A stretch of DNA of 36,925 nt from IMG/VR virus record IMGVR_UViG_3300012667_000078, positions 1 through 36,925 of that record. One strand, 5' to 3'. Under the pieces are notes generated by a model. The model was not told where the DNA came from, searched no databases, and worked only from the letters and a program-made list of their open reading frames with translations. A program made the translations under genes and the position numbers. This DNA is from a virus (Duplodnaviria; Caudoviricetes). Each line of letters begins with the position of its first letter. The stretch's first letter is position 1. This document shows positions 8,392 to 14,781 of this stretch, piece after piece.

Positions 8392-9918
8392 TTAGGAACC
8401 CATCCAAGAAGTTGCGACACCTGCGCCACCGGCATAGACCCGGCGAACGGTGCGATCATTGTACTCACGATGTGCAACAGGGAAAGCAAAAGTTACGGCC
8501 AGCGCATCGGCAGCGTCCGGAGAGGCCAAACCACGCGCTTTCATCTCCTTTTTCCCCTCCAAGAAGATCGTGCCCGCCGAATTGGGCTTCTTCATGGGGC
8601 CAACGAGGTCGGCTTTTAGCTGTCGGTCGGTCGGAATCGAGGCTGTTTTGAGCCAATCTCGCATCGAACCCCACATTTCAGCCCGCTTGTTGCCCCACAT
8701 AATCGGATTCTTTGATTTCCACGCAAAGTTCACACCGCGCACCTTGTACCGCTGCTCGGTCAGCCGGTCAAGAATCCCGTAGCCCAGACCACCTTCGTCG
8801 ATCACGGTCAAAACGGGCTTGTATTCCTCAATGGCGTCGATCACGTTGCCCACCGTGGTCATGGTGTCGTCGCCTTTGAAGCGTTTGATGGCGATCAGGT
8901 CACGCCCTTGGCGCACCACGATGACTGTGGAGTCCATACCACCGCGCGCTGGGTCCACGCCAATCACAATCGGCGCGGTCAGGTCTTTGTACTTCTCGCG
9001 TTTGAACGCATCTTCGACCACCATGGGCGAAATGAACTGATCTTCCCCGCTCTTGGGAAACTCACCGTACACCTCGACTCGGGCTTGGTCTGAGTCTTCG
9101 CCGTATTCCTCGATGATCTTCTCGTAGACCTTTTTGTCTGTGCCTTCGACCGTGCGCGCATCGATCTGGCGACCTTTCCAAAAGTTCCGCTTGGCGTGGA
9201 AACACTCGAAAAAGTACCCCGTGTTGCGACGACCGTTGGAGAACGCCAAAAAGTACCGGTCCAAGATGTTCTCTGTAAAGAAGCCGTCGGCCACTGACCA
9301 GATCGCATCGGGAATACCGGACGCCTCGTCAAAGATCACCATCATGCCGTCCATGTTGTGCGTACCGGCGTAGGCGTCTGGGTTCTCTTCGCTCCACAGC
9401 TTACCCTCGGCAGCCCAGTAGCGCGTACCCTTCTTCAGATCACGCTCGACGAGTTCGGTCAGCCACTGCGCGGGCACCAGCTTCGTGGCGCTGATCTCCC
9501 ACCAGTGCGAGTTGATCGCCATGGTGGACCATTTGGTCAACTCACCCCAAGTGACCGTTCTCAACTGGTTCTCGCTGTTGGCCGAGACTGTGACAGTTGA
9601 GCCTATACGAGTGGTGAGCATCCACAGGATCAGCCAAGACACCAGCGCCGACTTCCCGATCCCGCGACCCGAGGCGATGGCTTCCTGCAACGCCGACATC
9701 TCAAGCTGCCCACTGTTGGCTTTGATGTGTTCGGAAATGTCACGCAGCACTTGGCGTTGCCACTTCCTTGGCCCCGTGAACTTCTCAAGCGGTGTGCCCG
9801 CCACGCCCCAAGGGAACGCGAATAACACGAACGACTCAAGGTCATCCTTCAATTGCGACGACCACAACTGGGCCATGAGCAGTTGTTCTTCCTCTGCCGA
9901 ATATTTAGGCTTCTGCAT
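8392..9918 (-). CDS. terL: Terminase large subunit
   Basis: Walker A SGRGIGKS, Walker B MVIFDEAS, RNase H-like IGVDPA and SPDAADALA. Start at MQKPKYS (9918) preferred. Confidence 0.93.
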   Translation of the reverse strand: MQKPKYSAEEEQLLMAQLWSSQLKDDLESFVLFAFPWGVAGTPLEKFTGPRKWQRQVLRDISEHIKANSGQLEMSALQEAIASGRGIGKSALVSWLILWMLTTRIGSTVTVSANSENQLRTVTWGELTKWSTMAINSHWWEISATKLVPAQWLTELVERDLKKGTRYWAAEGKLWSEENPDAYAGTHNMDGMMVIFDEASGIPDAIWSVADGFFTENILDRYFLAFSNGRRNTGYFFECFHAKRNFWKGRQIDARTVEGTDKKVYEKIIEEYGEDSDQARVEVYGEFPKSGEDQFISPMVVEDAFKREKYKDLTAPIVIGVDPARGGMDSTVIVVRQGRDLIAIKRFKGDDTMTTVGNVIDAIEEYKPVLTVIDEGGLGYGILDRLTEQRYKVRGVNFAWKSKNPIMWGNKRAEMWGSMRDWLKTASIPTDRQLKADLVGPMKKPNSAGTIFLEGKKEMKARGLASPDAADALAVTFAFPVAHREYNDRTVRRVYAGGAGVATSWMGS

Positions 9919-10450
9919 CTGTGTCCTTGTATTCAATCACCTCGGCCTCAATCACACGACTTCTGGCCTGTTCAAGCGCAGCCGTGATCGAGATGGTCCC
10001 ACCGAAGTCAATCTGCTTGGTGTCGCCGTAGGTCTTCCTGTTGTCCGAGGCCATCAGCCACTTATATGTGTCCACGATCAGTTTGGATCGCTGCACGTCC
10101 TCGGCTGAGTCCGATGCGACAGCGTGTTCGATGATCTTGCCCGCCCACGCCTCGGTGCGAATTTCTTTGGCCTCTTTGTACAGGCCATGGCGCTCGGGGT
10201 CTTTTTTGATCCACCGAAGGAATGCGCCGCTGTCGAGTTCTCGAAAGTCATCCTCAATCGCGGCTTGCAATGTGCTGCCCGAATAGATGCGTTCAAGGAT
10301 TTTGGGGAACGCTGATTCAAATTGAACCAACGCGAGTGCTTTCACCTCACGAGATGGTTTGTGTGGCGCTGGGTCAGGCACGGTGAGCCAGTTGGGCAAT
10401 ACGATTTCACTGGCAGTGGCCGTGCCTACGGAGTTGCTTTGTGTGTCCAT
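9905..10450 (-). CDS. terS: Terminase small subunit (Sf6/P22-like)
   Basis: HTH-like segment, FLRWI, YKEAKE, DVQRSKLIVDTYKWLM...TYGD; overlaps the terL start. Confidence 0.8.
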   Translation of the reverse strand: MDTQSNSVGTATASEIVLPNWLTVPDPAPHKPSREVKALALVQFESAFPKILERIYSGSTLQAAIEDDFRELDSGAFLRWIKKDPERHGLYKEAKEIRTEAWAGKIIEHAVASDSAEDVQRSKLIVDTYKWLMASDNRKTYGDTKQIDFGGTISITAALEQARSRVIEAEVIEYKDTDAEA

Positions 10451-10460
10451 AGTGGCGCTG

Positions 10461-10469
10461 AGTCTAGCA
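10461..10469 (-). promoter_or_regulatory. Candidate extended -10 late promoter
   Basis: TGcTAGACT 10 nt upstream of the terS ATG; no SD present. Confidence 0.35.
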
Positions 10470-10657
10470 TGTTTGGTGTGGAAAGGATAGATGGATACAG
10501 TGGGGTAGGGGTTCTATGAAAAAATTAAAAATTTGTTTCCATGACCTCGCCGCCGTCGTGGCCCATCGCTCGGCCCTCGGGTACCCCACCCAACCAGAAT
10601 CCGGAATGCTTGGCTGTGCCTGAGTCACGGCGTCACGCAGCACGAATCAGTGACGCA

Positions 10658-10769
10658 TTGACCCAGTGGACTAGGTGCAAGGCGCAATCCATCGCACCAT
10701 TCAACCCAATGGGTTAGGCGTCCAGTGGGTCAAGTGATGGCCTTTGGCCTTTTTGATGCACTGGGTCAA
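10658..10769. repeat. Cluster of four ACCCA-N-TG(G/C) operator-like sites
   Basis: TTGACCCAGTGGAC 10658-71, AACCCAATGGGTT 10703-15, GTCCAGTGGGTCAA 10720-33, TGCACTGGGTCAA 10757-69. Confidence 0.7.
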
Positions 10770-10974
10770 TTAGTCAGTGAATGTTGCGTGTGTTACCGCA
10801 TTTCTGCAACGCTGCGCCAATGTGATTCCGCGCGGGCGAGGGTTTTGATCTACGACTTTTTAAAAAGCACAAGAAATCCCAGAATCCTAAAATCATTATC
10901 CCTCTTTATAAGTCACAGTGTCACATCATTGCAGAATTGTGGTAACATGGAAACATTGACAAAAGGGGAACACA

Positions 10975-11526
10975 ATGACACGCACAGAATTAGAGGATTT
11001 GGTTTGGGAGTTGCCGAGCATCAAAGCATCGGGCGTTGACTTCGACTTTATCGAACAAATGACAGACGCCGAGCTTCGCGACTTGTTGAAACCCGCGAAG
11101 CCCGAACCGATTGAACCGATTGAGATTGAAAAACCCGAAGAACCCGCGAAGGTTGCGCGAATCCGATTCCCTGCACCTCGTTGCGTTGCCTTTGAATATG
11201 TGGAGCGTGACGGGCGCTTGAAGCGTTTGGAGACGTGGGAGCACCAGAATGCCGGTGGTAAATGGAATACTTCGATTGAGACGCTTTGCGGTGGGCGCGT
11301 GACATTCGAGGGGCGCGTGGTTTCCGCTTCGATTGTGCTGCACTGGTTGCGAACTGGTGAGATGGTGAAGCGCGCGCCACGGGCCGATAAGAAGCCGTTT
11401 CGCGCTTTGATTCGTGTGGGCGGGCGCGTGGTGCATTTGGGCTACTTCGCAACGGTTGCCGAACGTGACGCAGCGCGGGAGAAAGCCCGTTTCAATTTAT
11501 CTTTGGGACTTAACCCACTGGGTTAG
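10975..11526 (+). CDS. Protein with C-terminal AP2-like DNA-binding domain
   Basis: FRALIRVGGRVVHLGYFATVAERDAAREKA is an AP2 pattern; AGGGG SD. Confidence 0.7.
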   Translation: MTRTELEDLVWELPSIKASGVDFDFIEQMTDAELRDLLKPAKPEPIEPIEIEKPEEPAKVARIRFPAPRCVAFEYVERDGRLKRLETWEHQNAGGKWNTSIETLCGGRVTFEGRVVSASIVLHWLRTGEMVKRAPRADKKPFRALIRVGGRVVHLGYFATVAERDAAREKARFNLSLGLNPLG

Positions 11527-11594
11527 GGTAAGCACCTAGAAAATAATTGTTGACAATGTGACCCAGTGGACAAATATGTGATACACTGGGTACA
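11511..11594 (+). promoter_or_regulatory. Early promoter region with three operator-like sites
   Basis: TAACCCACTGGGTTA 11511-25, TTGACA 11550-55, TGACCCAGTGGAC 11559-71, extended -10 TGaTACACT 11579-87 overlapping CACTGGGTA. Confidence 0.6.
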
Positions 11595-11615
11595 TCTTAA
11601 CAAGGAGTAAATGTA

Positions 11616-11804
11616 ATGAACAAGTCCGAAACAAAAGAAGTCGCACGAATCGAAGCCTACCGCGCCGCCGGTTTGGGCGCTGACTATGTAGCCCGCGCAG
11701 TGTCAAGCCTGATTCGCGCAGCCCGTACCCAAAAGAGCGCCGCCACACTTCGTGAACTCGCCGCAGCTTGGGGCGTGACAAACCACCCTGAATTTATCGC
11801 TTAA
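11616..11804 (+). CDS. Hypothetical early protein (62 aa)
   Basis: AAGGAG SD; first gene after the promoter. Confidence 0.75.
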   Translation: MNKSETKEVARIEAYRAAGLGADYVARAVSSLIRAARTQKSAATLRELAAAWGVTNHPEFIA

Positions 11805-11994
11805 CCCGTAAACGTAAAAGGAACCCGAACTATGAAACATTCAAACCACGCTTTGCACTATATCGATTTGCACCCCGCGCCGATTGAGCGCCGCGAACCT
11901 CGCCCGCTGACTGTCATTGCCGGTGCGTTTGGCTTCGCTGCCTTGATGTACGCGCTGACTTTTCTCGCTTTTTGTCTGTAACCCGTAAACGTAA
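11802..11994 (+). repeat. 16-bp direct repeat TAACCCGTAAACGTAA flanking one small gene
   Basis: Exact copies at 11802-11817 and 11979-11994, each starting with a stop codon. Confidence 0.85.
11832..11981 (+). CDS. Small membrane protein (49 aa)
   Basis: AAGGA SD; MKHSNHALHY...TVIAGAFGFAALMYALTFLAFCL; below the ORF-track cutoff. Confidence 0.7.
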   Translation: MKHSNHALHYIDLHPAPIERREPRPLTVIAGAFGFAALMYALTFLAFCL

Positions 11995-12010
11995 CCCACT
12001 GGAGCACACT

Positions 12011-12340
12011 ATGAAACAAACTGTAACTTTTTCCGATTTCCGTGACGCATTCCGCGCCTATGACCGTTTGGACAATTTCAGCTATGAAGGCGCGAAGGTT
12101 CTTTGGGACTATCTCGAACAATACGAAGAAGATTGTGGCGAAGAACTCGAACTGGATGTGATTGCCCTTTGCTGCGACTTTGGCGAAGACACCACGGAAA
12201 ACATTGCCGCGAACTATTCGATTGACCTCGAAGACTGCGAAGACGATGAAGAAAAGGCCGAACGGGTGCGCGAACACCTCGAAGATAACGGCGCCCTTAT
12301 TGGTGAAGTTTCCGGCGGCTTTGTGTATCGTGACTTTTAA
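12011..12340 (+). CDS. Highly acidic early protein (109 aa)
   Basis: GGAG SD before ATG 12011; roughly 30% Asp+Glu by manual count. Confidence 0.8.
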   Translation: MKQTVTFSDFRDAFRAYDRLDNFSYEGAKVLWDYLEQYEEDCGEELELDVIALCCDFGEDTTENIAANYSIDLEDCEDDEEKAERVREHLEDNGALIGEVSGGFVYRDF

Positions 12341-12352
12341 GGGGATGACCCA

Positions 12353-12532
12353 ATGAAAACCGATTTCAAAGTTTACTCACGCAAAATTCACGTTTGGCAC
12401 TGGAACGAAAAGGAAAAGGGCTATTTCTATGCGTGGAGCACAAACGCATTTAAAACATGCCGTGACGCCTTAGCAGACGCAAAGCGGATGCAACCGTGGC
12501 GCGAATTCAAAGCATCATTCGCCAAAGATTAA
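12353..12532 (+). CDS. Hypothetical basic/aromatic protein (59 aa)
   Basis: AAGGGGA SD; MKTDFKVYSRKIHVWHW...FKASFAKD; fills the gap; below the ORF-track cutoff. Confidence 0.7.
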   Translation: MKTDFKVYSRKIHVWHWNEKEKGYFYAWSTNAFKTCRDALADAKRMQPWREFKASFAKD

Positions 12533-12550
12533 CCAAAAGGACAAAACACC

Positions 12551-12862
12551 ATGAACATTCACACAATGACAATCGAAGAACGCGAACGCCTCGCCTATGC
12601 CGAGGGTTTCACCGAGACCGCCAAACTGTTAGGCGCACTGGATGACGTGGAGCGCGAACGGGACGCCTTGACCGAAAAAGCTGAAAACCTAATCCCCGTC
12701 CGATATTTCGTGATTGATTATGAGTTAGACGATGGGCCGGACTTAGTGGAGGTTCGGGAATATGAATTTGTTCAAGCCGAAGGGCGCATAACCTATGAGC
12801 GCCACACAATCCGTGAAAACGGATGCAATCAAATTTGCCTAACGAAAGGGCTTGACTCATGA
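12551..12862 (+). CDS. Hypothetical protein
   Basis: AAGGA SD; ATGA coupled to the next gene. Confidence 0.75.
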   Translation: MNIHTMTIEERERLAYAEGFTETAKLLGALDDVERERDALTEKAENLIPVRYFVIDYELDDGPDLVEVREYEFVQAEGRITYERHTIRENGCNQICLTKGLDS

Positions 12863-13047
12863 ACCACACAGAATCGGAATACATCGAACAAGGGCGCAAA
12901 TATGAACGCGCCACAAACCCAGACAAAGCCCGCGCCGTGGCGTACACCCTTCGGGCTATGTTATCCAGTGAACACAGTACAGACCAACCCGAGGCGCGCC
13001 GCCTAATCGAACAAGGCCGCGCCGAGGCTAGAAGGGTTGCCGCATGA
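12859..13047 (+). CDS. Hypothetical protein (62 aa)
   Basis: ATGA coupling on both sides. Confidence 0.7.
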   Translation: MNHTESEYIEQGRKYERATNPDKARAVAYTLRAMLSSEHSTDQPEARRLIEQGRAEARRVAA

Positions 13048-13106
13048 TCGTTGCACTCGTTGCCGTTGCCGTTGCCTACCTAATCGCCGCCGTGATTGAC
13101 CTATAA
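13044..13106 (+). CDS. 20-aa hydrophobic peptide MIVALVAVAVAYLIAAVIDL
   Basis: ATGA overlap; last ORF before a terminator. Confidence 0.5.
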   Translation: MIVALVAVAVAYLIAAVIDL

Positions 13107-13130
13107 CCACGCGCGCCCCTTAACCCAGCA

Positions 13131-13159
13131 CCCCCAGCTTCAACGCTGGGGGCTTTTTT
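13131..13159 (+). terminator. Intrinsic terminator
   Basis: CCCCCAGC-TTCAAC-GCTGGGGG followed by CTTTTTT. Confidence 0.85.
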
Positions 13160-13180
13160 GACCCCTAAAACCTTGAACCC

Positions 13181-13486
13181 ATGCCAACCCCTATGCCAAC
13201 TAAAAAACCCCGCCAAAACGCCCAATTCGCCGCCCGTGTTCGCGCCATTGGCGAACGCCTCAACTTGAACGACACACAAACCGCTGAATATCTCGGTGTA
13301 CCTATGCCCACGATTCGCAAATGGTTAGCGGGCGAACGCGCACCCAGTTCGGCCACGATTCGCCTTCTTGACGTTTTGGATTTGATTTCCACATTGGCCC
13401 CCGCGATTCACGCGCACCTGATACCCGAGGCCAAAACAAAAGCCAAACGAGTCAAGGCCATCGACCAAGTTTCAAAACCAATTTGA
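13181..13486 (+). CDS. XRE-family helix-turn-helix regulator
   Basis: LNLNDTQTAEYLGVPMPTIRKWLAGERAPS; start could be 13181 or 13193. Confidence 0.8.
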   Translation: MPTPMPTKKPRQNAQFAARVRAIGERLNLNDTQTAEYLGVPMPTIRKWLAGERAPSSATIRLLDVLDLISTLAPAIHAHLIPEAKTKAKRVKAIDQVSKPI

Positions 13487-13494
13487 GTTTGGTC

Positions 13495-13764
13495 ATGTCC
13501 ATCAACCAGAAATGCCCATGGTGCGGAATTACCGACACCGCATTCAAAGAACTCGATGCAGCCTTGAACGTCACCCTCGACAAGTCCGGCACTGTGGCCG
13601 TTGATCGTGACTATTTCTGGCAACCCATCGACACCTGCCCCCGTGGGGCCAAGGTGCAACTGCTAGGCCGTGGCGGTGTCGCAATGTACGGGACTTATCA
13701 CGGCAAAGAGGACTTTTACACCCACTGGGCACCCCTGCCCAAACTGAAACGGATTGAGTCATGA
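13495..13764 (+). CDS. DUF551-like protein
   Basis: WQPIDTCPRG..VQL...THWAPLP motif. Confidence 0.7.
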   Translation: MSINQKCPWCGITDTAFKELDAALNVTLDKSGTVAVDRDYFWQPIDTCPRGAKVQLLGRGGVAMYGTYHGKEDFYTHWAPLPKLKRIES

Positions 13765-13883
13765 ACAGCAACTGGCCTTTTCCACCGTGCCCGCCTATAC
13801 CGTGGACACCCCAGCAGATCAAAGAATATGCTGCCCAGCAGCGTCAACAACTACCAGAGGCACCCTTATGTTTTTTAAATTGA
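13761..13883 (+). CDS. Small Pro/Gln-rich protein (40 aa)
   Basis: ATGA overlap with the upstream gene; MNSNWPFPPCPPIPWTPQQIKEYAAQQRQQLPEAPL...; better than the TTG-start reading in the track. Confidence 0.6.
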   Translation: MNSNWPFPPCPPIPWTPQQIKEYAAQQRQQLPEAPLCFLN

Positions 13884-14181
13884 AACCCTCAAACAAAATG
13901 AAATTCAACTCAAGGTTTAGAGTCATTCACCTTCGTTGGTGGCATAGACCAGTGCCTCTTTACGATAAAACTGAAACCGATGGCTATCGCAAAATCGGCT
14001 GGGTGTGGAATCAAAAAGCGTATCTGGTTGACAACATGATCGAGGGTTGGGTTGCTTTTGTAAAAGATCAAACCCCTGAAAACATTGACGTTTGGTGGTG
14101 TGATTGTTGCGGGATGGTGACAAAGAACTGTTTAAGGGTAGAGCAATCGAAGCCAAACTCAAGGAGAACAACAATGGGTGA
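13868..14181 (+). pseudogene. Hypothetical gene with an apparent frameshift near 14110, now read through into the next gene
   Basis: GAGG SD, ATG 13868; the terminus DGDKELFKGRAIEAKLKENNNG-stop lies in the -1 frame after CDCCG. Confidence 0.5.
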
Positions 14182-14407
14182 TGAACTTCACGACAACTTG
14201 AAACAGATAGAGCAACGATCCGAAGCCATCGGTCAGCAATGGTTAGAGTTGATAGATCATATTTACAACACCACCCCACCACAGCGCAAGCCGCTGACGG
14301 ATGAGGAGATAGGCGCAATCCTTGAAGGTGTTAACGCCTATGGCACACGGCTATATACATTTGCCCGAGCCATTGAAGCCGCCCACGGCATTAAAGGTGA
14401 AGCATGA
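14174..14407 (+). CDS. Hypothetical protein with PQRKPLTDEEI...FARAIEAAHGIK motif
   Basis: Own AAGGAG SD and ATG at 14174. Confidence 0.7.
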   Translation: MGDELHDNLKQIEQRSEAIGQQWLELIDHIYNTTPPQRKPLTDEEIGAILEGVNAYGTRLYTFARAIEAAHGIKGEA

Positions 14408-14694
14408 ACCTACCAAACCACAAGGCCGGCCTCTACATCATTCACAACGAGCACAAAGACGTGTACGAGACCGTCAAGCAATACATCGAGGGCAGCCATC
14501 CCGCATACCACCCAGATGACTTTGTGTCGCCAGAGGATATGCAAAAGTGTATCGACACCGATGACTGCTGGACGATTCAGTGGTATCCAGAAACTCCGAT
14601 TGGCTTTCACAAGGTGTGCGGCTCATCGCTGGAGATTGTGTTGACCGAGGCAATGAAGATTGACACCAAACTCAAGGAGAAGAACAATGGATGA
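14404..14694 (+). CDS. Hypothetical protein ending in KLKEKNNG
   Basis: ATGA overlap; AAGGTG SD. Confidence 0.75.
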   Translation: MNLPNHKAGLYIIHNEHKDVYETVKQYIEGSHPAYHPDDFVSPEDMQKCIDTDDCWTIQWYPETPIGFHKVCGSSLEIVLTEAMKIDTKLKEKNNG

Positions 14695-14758
14695 CATCAT
14701 GGAAGACCTACTGGGCTTCGCTGCCCTCATGATCGTTTTGGTCATGTTCTTCAACTAA
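14687..14758 (+). CDS. 23-aa membrane peptide MDDIMEDLLGFAALMIVLVMFFN
   Basis: AAGGAG SD inside the 25-bp junction repeat; ends at a terminator. Confidence 0.55.
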   Translation: MDDIMEDLLGFAALMIVLVMFFN

Positions 14759-14781
14759 AAAGGGGCCGCTGGCCCCTTTTT
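14757..14781. terminator. Bidirectional intrinsic terminator
   Basis: AAAAAGGGGCC-GCT-GGCCCCTTTTT between convergent genes. Confidence 0.9.

Larger units (their letters stand above)
10451..10974. other. Main non-coding divergent control region (late versus early)
   Basis: 524-bp gap between divergent operons with A/T tracts and repeated motifs. Confidence 0.7.

Noticed and set aside
10658-10769. Repeats as a mini-CRISPR array
   Set aside because: Only 13-14 bp, mixed orientation and irregular spacing; operator-like instead.
10725-11039. 104-aa ORF in the control region
   Set aside because: GTG start inside a repeat, no SD, overlaps the better-supported 10975 gene.
13181-13486. XRE protein as a lysogeny repressor
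   Set aside because: No integrase, partition genes or divergent cI/cro arrangement seen; temperate lifestyle unsupported.
13754-14407. 217-aa ORF as a single gene
   Set aside because: Better explained as three units with their own starts (13761, 13868, 14174) and a frameshift.
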